From Dimorphilus gyrociliatus (lineage: Eukaryota; Animalia; Annelida), in assembly GCA_904063045.1 (NCBI GenBank), contig CAJFCJ010000092.1, positions 1 through 64,000 of the forward strand: a DNA stretch of 64,000 nt. Reading direction: 5' to 3'. Within the stretch, counting starts at the first letter, position 1; each line of letters opens with the position of its first letter. The notes beneath the pieces are model-generated. The model was not told the DNA's origin and ran no database searches. It saw only the letters and a program-made list of their open reading frames with translations. Of this stretch, positions 13,906 to 27,844 are shown piece after piece. The translations under genes and the position numbers were made by a program.

Positions 13906-15183
13906 TCATAATTGACTTTGCGATAGTGTACGCTTATGAAGTCTTTTGTAATGCATATAATATATTCCGCAATCATTTCCAATGGAATTCTTGTATGAAC
14001 GTAATAGATAATCTCCATTTTCAGAGCTACCTTCTCCAAAATGTAATATATTTAATTGTTGTAAATTTAAACAAGATCTTATAAAATTTTTCATCAATTC
14101 CATTTCTTCTAATCCAAAGAAATAACCTGCTAAAGAAAGCGTCTCTAGCGTCTTTGACGATTGATTTAAACTATATAAAATTGATTCCAAGTGGAAACAA
14201 TATCGATTTGAATATAAAAGAGATACGGCTCTAAGATTTTGACATTTTCCCAATAACACAGTCTGTCGTTCAAGAATGGTTTCATCCTTCCCTTTATAGT
14301 TTTGCGGTAATTGCAGTACTTTTAAGGTTTTGGCTGAAGAGTATAATCCAGTTAAAATATATTTAAATCCACTAGATTCAATTCCGTTGAATCTAATAAT
14401 AAAAGTTTCAATATTTTTACAGGAATTTAACAAATCTCCCAAAGCAATACAGCTTTTTTCAGTAAAGAAAATTCCAGTAAGCTGTAGAGTCTTTAAACTT
14501 TGTGAAGATGATTTAAATTGATTTAACAATCCTTCGGAAATTCGAAAGAATTCTTGACCAAATGTGAACATATTTAATCGAATTTTATCTAGATTTCTAC
14601 ACGATTTAAATAGATATCTCAAAAATTTTATTTCTTTTTTACTTAGACCTTCGTAACTCAATTCAAAATTTGTTAGTGTTTTAGAAGAGTATTTTAAACC
14701 TTCGAATATTGGATATAACTCGCATTTTCCTTGTGGTGAGCATAGTTTAAATTCTTTCAGTTTTGAACATTTTTTAAGCTGTTTGCACAGATTCGTTACA
14801 CCAATGCTATCAAGTGTACATCGTTCTATAATCAACTCTTTAATAGACGAATATAGGCTTAAATAGTATATATTTTTCAAACTACATAGTTTCAATTCTT
14901 CTATGGTGTTATCCTTTAAAATAGCAAGATTTTCAATATTTGAAAATCTTCCATTATCATTGTTTAATATCAATATTTTCGAATTTTGAAAGAAATAGGA
15001 GAAAAACTGCAATTGTCTTTCAGTAAAACAGTTATTACCTGATTGTTGTTCCAGATATTCAAAGATGATTTTATAAATAGTAAATGGTATTATTAATTTA
15101 TGCCATTCTTTTAAATTTATTATTGCATTAAGGTTATCTGCAATTGATTTTAAACACAAATCCTTTAATGTCAAAATATACAT
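13906..15183 (-). CDS. Single-exon RI-like LRR protein with an N-terminal BC-box-like motif (PRAME/ZYG11-type cullin substrate-receptor architecture)
   Basis: 425-aa ORF. N-terminus ILTLKDLCLKSIADNL...IPFTIYKIIF resembles a BC-box/cullin box. Repeats of the LxxLxLxxC / LGDLLNSCKNIETF / GLYSSAKTLKVLQL type. Confidence 0.75.
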   Translation of the reverse strand: MYILTLKDLCLKSIADNLNAIINLKEWHKLIIPFTIYKIIFEYLEQQSGNNCFTERQLQFFSYFFQNSKILILNNDNGRFSNIENLAILKDNTIEELKLCSLKNIYYLSLYSSIKELIIERCTLDSIGVTNLCKQLKKCSKLKEFKLCSPQGKCELYPIFEGLKYSSKTLTNFELSYEGLSKKEIKFLRYLFKSCRNLDKIRLNMFTFGQEFFRISEGLLNQFKSSSQSLKTLQLTGIFFTEKSCIALGDLLNSCKNIETFIIRFNGIESSGFKYILTGLYSSAKTLKVLQLPQNYKGKDETILERQTVLLGKCQNLRAVSLLYSNRYCFHLESILYSLNQSSKTLETLSLAGYFFGLEEMELMKNFIRSCLNLQQLNILHFGEGSSENGDYLLRSYKNSIGNDCGIYYMHYKRLHKRTLSQSQL

Positions 15184-15715
15184 TAGAATTCTTCTATTTT
15201 ACGAAAAATATTCATCTGTAGAGTAGAGTTTATCATAATTCAAACTTATTCCAGTTATAAAATACGGTGTCCACGAGTAGATAGAACAGGTAAATATAAG
15301 AGAAAATAATTACTTTTATCTTGTTTTTAGGGATGATGAGCATCATTGTATATGAAAATAATAATCTACAATTTCTGTTTTGTGCCTTTTGTTTGTGTGT
15401 GTGTGTGGTAATAAACTAATAATAGACTCTGTACAATAGAATTGATATGTGCAAGACAATGAAGGCCTATTATACTATTCTAAAATATTTTACTAATGAA
15501 ATTAATGTAATTATAGTAATAATTAATTAATTTATTCATTAAATGAAGAAATTGATGGAATTAGCAAAATTATAAAATTATATAAACTGTGTCCGTTTTT
15601 GAAGGATTTTCTTTATAAATATAGCAATATTGATCATATCTTTCTGTAATTTCTCTTCCTCTCCGGAAACCAGGTGTTTAGTGATTAAATTATAAAATTT
15701 ACCATTTTTATTTAT

Positions 15716-16280
15716 CTACAAAATAACATAAGACAAAGTCATTTTGAAATTTGTAAATAAACAATTACAAACAATTAGGTAAACATTTGAAAAATCAATA
15801 AAACCATTGTAAAGAGAGGCGGTTTTTATGAGCAACATATCTCTTGGAATTTCATAAATATTTTCCATTTTGTAAAATTTTTGGCTATTTCTAAGTTTGT
15901 CTAAAAAGATTAGTGAATTTTTATCCAGTAAGCATCTATTCAATAATTGCATATATGATAAATCTGGAAAGAGAAGAAGTGTTGAAATTTCTAAACTAGC
16001 TTTATTCTATGATATTTAATAATAACAATTTGAATGATTTAGCTCTACAACATCATTAATTTGATTTAATCTGAAAAAGTAAAGATGTAAATATAATTGT
16101 TGAATAATTATCATTTATCAAACTCTTTATCTATCTTCTTTTACTATTCTCATTGAATAATTTGCGGTAGTCTCGTTGTCTAGGTTGTGTAATAATATTC
16201 TTCCTTTAAAGTCACAGAGAAAACCATCAGTTAAAGGAATTAGAAGAGTAAATAAACCAAATTGATATGAACACCATTTT
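15716..16280 (-). pseudogene. Possible decayed extracellular-type LRR gene fragment
   Basis: FPDLSYMQLLN...LDKLRN...MENIYEIPRDML is LRR-like; the upstream frame has stops. Weak. Confidence 0.25.
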
Positions 16281-16482
16281 GTTGTCATTATTGATGGCTG
16301 CGAAATACGACAATTGTTGTTGAATAAAATATAAAAATTATCACTACAGAAGGCTAATCATCAAATACTTCAGAAAAATTATTAATTAGATTGATTTTCC
16401 TCTTTAAATTAACCTTACAAAGTTAATATGAAATACGAATATATGGTATGTATTATATTCTTAATATTTTATAGAATAGTTA

Positions 16483-17441
16483 CTATCCTATCTGAATAGG
16501 TCTTCTTTCAGTATTTTCTCTTATCCATTCAAGTTTACTTGCAACTCTGGCGTAAACTCCTGGGTTTCCTGGTTCGGCACAACCTCTTCCCCATGATGCT
16601 AATCCAACTACTTCAAATCGACCGTTGTTGTTGTAAGCTAGAGGACCACCGGAATCTCCTTGACATATATCTCTTCCGGGCGTTGAGGCGCATACCATGC
16701 TTTCATCAATGCTTCCTGGATATGATGCGTTACATCTGCTGTTTGACCAAATTTCAACGTTAGTATATCTTAATACATGGGGAATGGGACCACCAGAAAC
16801 AGTGGCTCCCCATCCAGAAGAAGTAGCTATAACATTAACGTAATCAGTGAGTCTGGGAGAACAAGCTGCAGCAACATTATCATTTAATTCTAAAGAATTA
16901 GCCAATTGAAGGAGTGATATATCATTTGAGTGTCTTAATGGGTTTGTGTAGCGCTCGTGGTTGATTACTGTTAAGATATTCGACCTCTGTTCATTATTAA
17001 GTGGATTGCTTCTATTGTGAGCCCCAGCAACAATAATTAAACCATTAAAAGATCCAATGGGAGTACAATGAGCAGCAGAAAGAGCCCAATTACTGTTGAT
17101 AACAACTGCACCACAAACATGGCTTTCAAACACTCTTAAACTCAACTAAATTATTTTAAAAAATGACATTTCTCATGGAGAAATCTTTCTATAGAATAAT
17201 TATTTTGTGTCTACTTGATAAGGGAATTCATTTGCTCTCGCTTCCCAACCTCCAACTATTCTGTCAAATTTATCGCTTCTTTGCTCAGGAGCCGGATTCG
17301 GGTATTTGCTTCTCCCGCATTCTGCTAAGATAAAAATGAAAAATATACGAAAAATGAATGAAAAAAAATGATAAAATGATTATTACAGAGCCATTGGGCA
17401 GTTGTATATGAAAGAAACAATAAAATTAGTAGAGCCTTCAT
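16483..17441 (-). CDS. Secreted trypsin-like serine protease (S1A), 3 exons
   Basis: Signal MKALLILLFLSYTTA (ATG 17441), activation site DR|IVGGWEA, triad SAAHC / NDISLL / GDSGGP, S1 Asp in RDICQG. Confidence 0.95.
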
Positions 17442-17877
17442 GTTAAAAATGTTGTTTTGATTCGAAAATAAAAAACTGATTGTTTAATGTCTAACTAAAT
17501 ATTCTTTTAGAGTAGTAACGCAATCTAATCAATTATTATCTCGTAAAACTCCTGTTCATTCCCATTTCTATTTTTAGCATTCAAAATGATTGAATTTACG
17601 CACGTGTTACTATTTCTCTTTTGCCTATTCTTTTTAAATAGATGATGATAAAGACAGTTTTCTAATGCTTCTTATATTTCTTATTTAAAGTTAAATAAGT
17701 AACTCATTCTAGTTTTAATAGAGTTCTAATAAAATTATAATCTATTGAACTCTTAACAAAGTAATTGACATTTAACGTTTTTAAATGTTACATTGTTATT
17801 TAATATGGAATTTTCTACGTCGAAGGTTAGGTATTCAAAGTTTGTCATTCATGTTGGGTGTAACTGAGAAGGAGAAC

Positions 17878-20800
17878 ATGAATTTTTGTTTATTATCTCT
17901 TCTATTATCTTCATTTATTGAATTTACAATCAATAAAAAAGAATTGAATAAATCAACATTTTCATTTTTCTATAACAATCCCGAAAAGAACTTTAACGAA
18001 GGACAAATTGTTGTTTCAACTAAGGGTCTCTTCCTAAAAAGACCAGAATTTATCTATTACTACGACACTTATGATATATATCTGGGCTATAATCAAAGTA
18101 AAGAAAATATGTATGGTTTACATTTGGATTTTGACGATTGTGATCATTCAACCGAATTCAAACATTTTCTAGTTAAAGAATTAAATTGCGACATTGCTTT
18201 TACAAAGTTCTATCCATGCCAAAAAGGAGGTAAGGTTGAAAATATTGGAGATTTTATTCAATATTCATTCGTCGTTTCTCCATAGTTAGTCAGGTTCCAT
18301 ATCTATCTGTAAGAACTTTTAAACCATGCTGTGAATAGTAAGTGTTAGAATAGTGAAAGAATACCTACAGTATATTATACTCAATTTTAGTAGATTGGGT
18401 GGTTTGTATATGAATCCTCTTTGTATGAAATGCTTTAAAAGGAATAAATCTTGTAAGATGTTTCTTCATCTCTATAATCAATTTGAATCTATTTATGAAT
18501 TTTTTAGTTATGTTTGGCTTTCATTCAATTGTTACTGATACATATTTTCCAATACTTAGAAGAAATGGGTCGAGTTTTAGAGTTTATTTTAATGATAATG
18601 ATTTCCAAGAAATTTGCCAAAATGTTGAATTTATAATTGGTGATAAATTTATTACCCAACAAGAATTATCCTATAAGAGATGCAATTTTATAAACAAAAC
18701 CTTCATTTTTAATTCTAAATCTACTCTGCAAAAATCTGTTTGTCAAAGATTTCATTTTAACGGTTTAATTATACCTTTTATACCATATTTTTAAACAATT
18801 TATTCAATTTTATACAAGAAAAATAATTTCATTATTACAGATATTACATTGAAAAAGACAAAAACAAGTCTTAGGCTTAGTTCAAAGTTGTATGGCAGAT
18901 TATTACCTAAATTTAAAAGTGTAGTAGATATTATGGATATTATGGAGAATATTTGTAAAATGCAATCTAAAACTTTTTCACCAATATCAATCAAAGAGAA
19001 CCGTTTTAAAAGTGAAGATGGATGCTTAAGCTATTTTCACAAAATATTCTCTTTTTCAAGTTTAGTTTTTGGAAAGTGTAATTGGAATATTTCTACTTCT
19101 AGTTTTCCTTGTTTACCTACAATAAGCAGATCTGTTCATTCTTTTGATTTTAAATGCGCAGAGAGGATGTTAGCCAAAGGTAAATATTTAAATAATAAAC
19201 ATTTCTCTTATGCAGTCTTTTTTTGGCTATTTTCCATAGATTTTACCTTTAGACTATGGAGGAATGATACTCATCAACTTTATAATAAAACAACTGAAGG
19301 CAAAGAATTTTCCGGAATCGTTCAAGTTTCACTCAACAACATCTTTTATAATGTTAATCCAAAATTTATTAGAGTCAAAGAAGTAAATCTTTTATGCAAA
19401 TATTTCGGATTCAGTCAAGGAACTCAAATTTTTGACGAAAAACAAAGATTAATAACAACCGTAAAATCTTTTAATCTTCGTTGTTCAATGAATGCTACTC
19501 AACTTGAAATGTGCTTGAAAGACGATTATAAAAATGATTTGACTAAATCGCAATATTTCTTCGAGTCTTCCGAAAATGTTGGAGGAGACGGTTCTTTACT
19601 CAACAGATACAATACGCTAAGCAAGACAACCTTTGCATTAGGTTATTTTATCATAAATCTATTAATAATTTAAGATTGATTAACTTCTCTTCAAATGCCA
19701 TTTTAGCCCAAAATGCAACTTCAATTAGATGCTATTCCTCCAACAGCAAAAGTAGGTTAACATTCAGGGGTCTATTATTAATCGAAAGCCATCTTTTGAT
19801 AGGTTGCTCTTTTATAAATGGACAAATCGACGCTATAAATTTTTACGATACTTGCTATTATATGTTTTCTTATGAGAAAGAATTGAATATTTACGAAGTT
19901 GAAAGGTTTTGCAACGGGAACAGTTTATCTATCGTTGACTTATCATTCATCAGTACACATTATATCATAGGAAATTGGCTAACCCGTATTGGATATAATA
20001 CACAAATTCCTAGTCGTCAGTATACATTACATTAGGTATCATGAAGAGTTAACTACTTTAACTAATTTCTCAGGAAGAGGTATTTTAAAACTACTCAACA
20101 ACAAAGAGATTTATATTTCATCGCCCAACTTCTCGTATCCTATTGAATATATGCAAAACAGCGTTTACATCAATACATATTCCTCAGTAAAATCTCTCTG
20201 TGAAGATATAATAAACAAATTGCGAAATTATGACAAACAAAGAAGGACTGAATGCTTTCATTTAATTTCAAACGACTTTTTAAGATTATCCAGAATAGAG
20301 AATACAAAATGCTCAAATAAATATAACACATTTATTTGTCAGTCAATGTTAGGTATGAAATTTTCTGTTGAATATCGTCCACGGCGTGAGATTTTAGGGA
20401 TTGTATCTTGAATGAGGGGTTATGAGTATCTTACGATAAATGGCATACATTAAGGGCTAGGTTAAAAATGGAATAGTTCTGCCATCCAATGTCCATGGGA
20501 TTTTTATATCTTCATAAATTTTTTGCTTACAGTAGTGTAATAATATTTATAAATATGGCAGATATTAACAATAAAAGAACAAAGATAAATGCATGGATTC
20601 CTTCTGATTTGAAACAATTCTTTTACTGCTCAAAGGAAATGTATTATATTAATATAATCTATGTTTGTGATGGAGTTAACGATTGCTTAGATTCGGGTGA
20701 AGATGAAAGATATTGCATTAGACAATTTTTTCAGTGTTCTAATGGCCAATTGATTGCCTATCAGTTTGTATGCAATCACATAAAGGATTGCCTTGATGGT

Positions 20801-23591
20801 TCCGACGAATATTGCGGTAGCTATATTTATTGTTTGTAGTTTAAACTTCTCTTTTGAAAAATCTTTACCTAATCAATAGTTAGGGAAAACTGCACTGGAG
20901 GATTCAGGTAAATTGTAATATTGTAATAAACTGGCAAAAGAAACTATCTATCTTTTAAGATGTTTAAATGGGAAATGCTTGAACCGAGATGAAATATATA
21001 ATCATAAGAAAAATTGTCATGATAATTCTGACGAAGAAAATCAAGATTTTAGTTAGTGCTAATGGGAAATCAAAGGGTGAAAACGTCCATTTTCTCACAT
21101 AGCCACAAAATCATGGACGTTTTTCCTTGAATTCACTATGACTAATAATTAATTCTGACTTCAAAAAATATTCAGAGTACTGTACAGATGTGGTATGTGA
21201 TTCCGGTTGCACTCTTAAAGACAAAGTTTGTCATTATGACACTGTTTGCAAAGATAAATACGACTTATGCAAAAAAGACAATGTGAAAAGTAAGTGATTT
21301 CCTTGTCAAGTATCTCTCACAAAAACAAACATTTGAAAACTCCAAGTATTCTAACAACTTTAATTCATTTAATAGTATGCGAAAAGTTTGCTAAATTCCA
21401 ACTCTCAACTAGGACATATGATAAGAAAAAAATCTCTTCCTATTGCAAATATAAAATATTGCATAGAATTTATCCAAAATTCAATTTAGAATGTTTGTCA
21501 AGTAAATGCTCAATTGGAGAATATCAGTGCTCATCGGATGGGAATTGTATATCTGTATTGAAAGTTTGCGATGGTATTTGGAATTGTAGGAGAGGCGACG
21601 ACGAAGAAAATTGCCATAGTGAGTGGAAAAATGAAAAAAACATTTGATAATTATTTTCAATTTTGTTTGTATTGTAGAGAATTATTTTTTAAAAGATCAT
21701 TTTAAATGCAAAAATCTTGGACAGTTTATCTCATTAAAAGACGTTTGTAACAACATAATAGATTGTAGTGATGGCAGCGACGAAATAAGCTGCGATAATG
21801 GGCAAACAATTAATAATTGCAAATATTATAGATTAAATTTTACTATATTATGCAATAATTCAAAAATTGGAAATGATATTAATAGAACAAGATTTTTAAA
21901 TTTTATGAAAAATTCTATATTCAAAAGTCTATTGTTAATTAAATTTAATTTTCAAAGTTTGAACAATAGAGAAAAAAAATGTGAAAAAAAAAATCTTTTT
22001 CTTAAGTTTTCTTTTTTCAATAATAAATTTTTTCTTTTTTTAATAAATGCTTGAAAAAGATTATTTTTTTTTTTTGAAATATTCAACAAACAGTTATTTA
22101 TATTTTGTCATTGAATATTAATAATTCAACTTTTGAACAGTTTAAAATTGAACAATATTTTCCAAATCTTATATTTTTGAACATTTCAAATTTGTATATT
22201 GAGAAAATGAATGATTCAACATCTATTATCAATCTATCAATGCTTCAAAATTTTTATATCAAAAATATTACTATTAATAGTAATGATAACGTCATCAATT
22301 TTTCTGGACTTCCTCAATTACGTAATTTGTTGATAAATCGAATAAATAATGAAGTATATTTAAACAGTGAATCATTTGAAAATCTAATAAATCTGGAATA
22401 TTTATTAATAATGAATTGTCAAATCAAAAATATTGAAAAAACTGCATTCAAACATATTTCAAATTTGAAATATTTTCACAGTCAATATTTTAGTATTTGT
22501 TGTTTTTTATCACAAATTTTAACTCAACAGATTAAATGCTTTCCTACTATAACAAATCATCAAATTTGTAAAATTCTATTCGGTTCCTACGTTCTTAGAG
22601 GCTTCGCTTGGCTTTTAGGAATAACTGGCTTCTGTTTAAATATTCTATCGATTTGTTTAAGAATTACTACTTTTAAAAGACCAACCGCCGTTTTCTATTG
22701 CTCTCTGGCGTTTGCTGATCTTGTTGGGGCTATTCATATTTTAATGCTGGCTTTTAAAGATAACGAATTTAATGATAATTATATAGAAAACGAGAATTTA
22801 TGGAAATCTAGTAAAATGTGTCCTATAATTGGGTTATTTTCGACATTTTCACTTTTATTATCAACCGCAAGTCTGTTGTCTATAAATGTTGAAAAGTATG
22901 CTGATATCGACAGTATGGGTGATAGTAAATTCACTTTTCAAAAAGTATTTGCTACGTCATTGTTTAGTTATATTTTTTCATTGGCAATGGCTATTTTACC
23001 CTTTTTAATCTATAAAGTAGGAAAAAAAAATAAAAAATGCCTTTTAACGACCCCTACTTTCGTTTTAAATTGTATTATTTAATTACCATTAGGCCTACTA
23101 TCAACAATTTTCTATTTGCGTAACAATCTATGTAAATGGCGGAAGATTTGAAGGATGGATTTTTTCATTCTTAACGCATGGTGTTTGGTTATTTTTTATA
23201 AATGTTGTATCAACTATCCTTTATGTAAAGCTATTTAAAAAAATATTCAAGGTATTACTAAGTGACGGAAAGCAAAGGAAGGTGGAACTTATTAAGCGCA
23301 TTAAACTCAATATAGCTTTAGTATTAACATTGAATTTAGTCAGTTCATTGCCAATATTAATTTTGGGTTTTTGTTTTTGTTTCAATATCCATTAAATTAA
23401 ATATTTCCTTACCCAAAAAAATAGGATTTCTTTCATTCATCTATAAAATAGATTATAGCGTTGTTCAATACAATTGGATATCAGTTATTGTTCTACCAGT
23501 TTATATTATAGTAAACCCATTATTCTATTCAGGAAAGGAAATATTAAAACTATTAAGAGAGAGGAAAGTTAGAAAGAGAATTGAGAGGTGA
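17878..23591 (+). CDS. GRL101-like LDLa-LRR-rhodopsin GPCR (LGR type C2) with an extended N-terminus (SRCR-like and C-type-lectin-like segments), many exons
   Basis: Signal MNFCLLSLLLSSF. About six LDLa modules (e.g. VCDGVNDCLDSGEDERYC, VCDGIWNCRRGDDEENC), LRRs, hinge FHSQYFSICC, 7TM (LRGFAWLLG...SLAFADL...LWKSSKMC...EKY; YYQQFSICV...GWIFS; NPLFY), stop 23589-23591. Confidence 0.85.
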
Positions 23592-25138
23592 TTAATTCCA
23601 TTAAAAGCTGAAGTTTATGCACAAAATACTCATTGAAATGATTTATTCGTAGACAAATGTTTATTGATGATATAAAACTGGAAACGAATAATAAAAGTAA
23701 ACATTTGAATTTTAAAGTTTTGATTGAGTCCTACATGTATTAATAACATTTTGCTATAGATTTAATTTTTATCAAAGGATTATACACTCATTTTTTAATT
23801 GACGATGAAAAAGCAAAAGATTTGAGTGAAATTCATGAAAAAATGCAACTAATTTCAAATATTTCAAAAATTTATGTATTTTCATTTTGTTTTTTAACTG
23901 CAATGGATTATTGCCATAGGAATTCGTATACAATCGCTTTTAATGAAAATAATATACATTTATACGTAAATGAACCAATTATATTTCATATTTTCCTTCT
24001 TCATCAGCAAACATGATTTCTCCTTCCAGATGGGATATTTTTATTTTCCTTATGGCAATATTCAATGTTTTAATGAAGAAAGCAGTAGAAAAAACATCTT
24101 GGAATTTTGTTTATACATTAGGAAATTGCTGCAAAGGGAAACCTTTCATAGGAGAGCAAATCTTCCATTTTTAAAATTACAACATTAATTCTGAAGTAAA
24201 ATGTAAATAAATTCTAATAAAACAACTAAAAGCCTTTTTGTCAACTGAAAATAGATCAAGTATAGTCTAAGTGTAGCCAATTACACTCCATGGTTCTATA
24301 ATAAACTGAAAATGCTAATTTTCAACCTTGTCCTATAGTTTTCCCTCCTTAAAATTTCATTCATTCATTTATATGAAAATCTTAGAGAAAGTACTAGGAG
24401 TGTCGCACCTACTGAAATTACTTGAAAAACAGAGATTGAAGAAAGTAAATAATACACTCAAATGTTGACAGGTGATGTCCTCTTTTAGTACATTTTTTGG
24501 CCTAAAAACAGGTTTTAGTATAAATTTAAATTAAATGACAAAATTTCTAACTAGGCCTATCAGGACATTTACTGTCGAATCCACAAAGATTTATTGTATC
24601 GCAACACCTTCTGTACTGTGTTTTTTTTCTTTCCATAGATTTTCTCAATTATTAAATTTCATTTCTTTAGTGCTACAGTTTTTTGTTAATATTGAATTTA
24701 ATTCTCTAATTCCTCTTGTATTGGTTAATGATTTTACAAAAGTCTAGTTTAATGAAAGATTTTTTCAAGCGTTAAATTTTTTCAAATGCTTAAGAGACGT
24801 CTGTACTGCAATGACGTCACTTCATAATCATAAACTTTCTTTAAATTGTTCGAATATTTATATTATATTATATTTGTTTCAATGTAAGGGGGGCTAGTTT
24901 CAATTTGTTTGGACATTGAAATCACTCATTTCCTTTGCTAATTATTTTTATGTATAAAAAATATAGAAAAAGAAGAAAAAATATCTTGTCTACTACAAGA
25001 TTTTGTAAAAGTTAACTAAAGGAAATGAAAACGCCATCTCTCCCGTTGAAGTTTATTTTTAGAATAATTTAAATACAAGATTTTAATATTGTTTATATCT
25101 TAATTGATTATCCCTCTTACTGACAAACTCATGACAGC

Positions 25139-26884
25139 CTACTTTCTCCTATTTTTCCTTGCTTTACAAAAATCAATTAAAGTGTCTGCTGCAAAATCAA
25201 ATAATTCGACAACTGTTAAAACAGTAGCTCCCAATGCGAATCCTAAAGCTCCTCCAATATCTGACAATAGCATTGGCCATGTATAGGCTGGTTTTTCAAC
25301 GATTTCTTCGGTTATTAGTGTTGAAAAGAATATATTAATCACAATTAGGTCATCCAAATGGAATTTTCTTGAAGTGAACATATTTTTCAAAGTCTTTTCA
25401 TAATGTGCTCCAAATCTAGATGATGAGAGCGTAGCAACAAAATTAGTACTCTGACATTGACTTATACAAGGGCATTGTGTAAATATCTCATTCTTATAAT
25501 AGGCTATGGCCTCATCCCGAATGCATAGTAAATTGTAAGGAGCGCATATAGTCCTATTACCAGTAGCTGTAATAAGGGAATTTCAACCGTCTAAAGAATA
25601 TTCAATTTCAAATATTGAAGAGAAAAAAAAAACAATTACTGATCATTTCCGGTGATATACAATTGCAATTTTGTTCTATATAACGTGAAAAGCAGTTTGA
25701 AGAGCATTGACTAAATCGATAATTCTTATCGTCATTGCAATTTCCATAAGGAGTACCAAGAAATTTGATAACTTTTAAAGCTACGGAGATTAGATATTCG
25801 CTGCCATATGATACTTTAATGCCTTTATCTAGCATTTGTGGAGCTTCTTTGGGATCGTGAATTAATATCTGTGTTTGTTGTTGTTTACGATCATTCTCTC
25901 TATTTAAAGAGGGAAATTGAACAGCTTACTCGAAATCCAGCTGATAATGAATTTGCTATTAAATAATTCTCTCTTCTTGTATCGAGAAAAAGCCTAATAC
26001 CGCTATTAGAACCTGTTGATCTTGCAACCTGGTCAAAATCTGTGTGTATAGTAAAGAAAGGGAAAGAGTGAGAGTGAAAGATTTTAAAGATAATTTTTTA
26101 AATGTGTACAACTAACTTGAATTAAACTGGAAACATAGGCCCATATCTGTTTGAACTAGGCTGAAATTTACTGAACTGCAAAGTTTCTGCTTGAAAAGGC
26201 ACTATTGAAGAAAAAGATAAGAGAAAGTTATTGAATGATTAAACACAGTTTTTTAATATACAAATAAAATTGCATCCTTAGCTGTTTGACTGGCATTCTT
26301 GTATACTTCTTCCCAATCCCAATACGAATTATTCGTTAAATATCTTGAATTTTCAGTTAAATTAAATTCTAATTTTTGCGTTACATCCGCGTGGAACAGG
26401 TGAGAATAAATCTTTTCCAAATCTTATAAGATGTATGAATAATGAATATAAAAGAATTTCTTAATTTTCTACATTCAAAAATATTGAATTTTTTACTGAA
26501 TTAACCTGTTTTCATTGCTTTTGAAAGATTTCCCGGATGAAAATATCGATTTTCGTTGCAGATTGTTACAGTTGGAAAATTAAGTTTTTTATTTGCAGTG
26601 TGTTTTGTTTGGGAGACTGTATCGTATTTTAAGTAGTATATAGTATGATCTTGAACTTGAAATAGCATAAATCCCAGTGCTAAAGATACAAGTAAAAGCC
26701 ATAGAATTCTCCTTGGTAGTGAAAATCCACTGTCTGTTGTATATTTGACACCAATCACTGTTATACTTTTAGAGAGACTGTAGAATCGAGCTTTAAATAT
26801 TTGCTTAAATCCAATCTTTCCCTCCTCAATTTCTTGATCAATCCTATTAAATTTCTCAACTGTACTAGACTGTTCACTTTTCAT
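25139..26884 (-). CDS. DEG/ENaC family cation channel (ASIC/FaNaC-like), multi-exon
   Basis: RRILWLLLV (TM1), LNFPTVTICNENR, PYGNC...CSSNCF...CNC, CPCISQC, TM2 LLSDIGGALGFALGATVLTVVELFDF. Confidence 0.92.
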
Positions 26885-27844
26885 ACTTCTATTACTGTTG
26901 GAAGATACTTAAAAACTTCACAATTCTTTAGTATAATACAAAACATCATCAATTACTCAGCATTTTTTAATAATAACTGCTTTAACACGAAATTATGCCG
27001 CAAATTCAAATTTTCAACATCCTTTGTCATGAGAACAATTCAATTTGTTTTAATTGATTAACAATAAAGCACAGAGGTGGCGTGTATTTTTCATTTTGTA
27101 ATAATAATTTAGCCTATAATTTATTAAACAGTTTCTGGATTGTAAAAAATTTAAACATTCAAACGTTCTGTTTCTAGGCTTAGAGAATTATTATGAAATT
27201 TCCTCCAAAATGATAATTGGATTATAACATTTTTTAAATGGACAGATGCCAACCTCTCACCTTTGTTCTATTTATTAACATATAATATTTAATTAGCAGA
27301 GAGGCCATCTTGGCTTACATTTACACGTATTTTATCAACAGTTTAAATGAAACAATTAAATTGATATTATTTTCGTTATTAAATCAACAAAACGCTATCT
27401 TTGAAGGCGAATACAAGGAATCACAAGAGCCTCCCTTAGCTACAAAAGCTACATTTGTCGGGGCCGACAGAACATGTTCTCAAGTGAAATAAGGGAAATA
27501 CCAGTGACCAAAATATCAAATAAGCCATTTTGTAAGCTACAATGATTTTGACGTATTGTTCTTTTACTTGTCTTGTCAATAGGCGTCTATAGATTAATCT
27601 AATAGAACTTTAAACTAATATGTAGGCCTAAGCTCTTTTGGATAAAGTACGCTGCAATTAAAATGGTAAATTAGTATTTGGATGTTAAGAACACTTTTCA
27701 AAGAGTTTTTAAATTGAAATTAATTAAAACTTCATAATAAAAAGATAATGTAAAAGTTCAAAGTGTATTCTAGTAGAAAGTGTAATATTCCAGTATTATA
27801 ATGAAGCGTTAGGCCTAAACTCCCAACATACTTGCGTTACAATT

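Noticed and set aside
16483-17441. Trypsin as a novelty
   Set aside because: Ordinary zymogen with an intact triad and Asp189; nothing unusual.
23822-24747. Short ORFs downstream of the GPCR
   Set aside because: No recognisable motifs or consistent splice structure; compatible with chance in AT-rich DNA.
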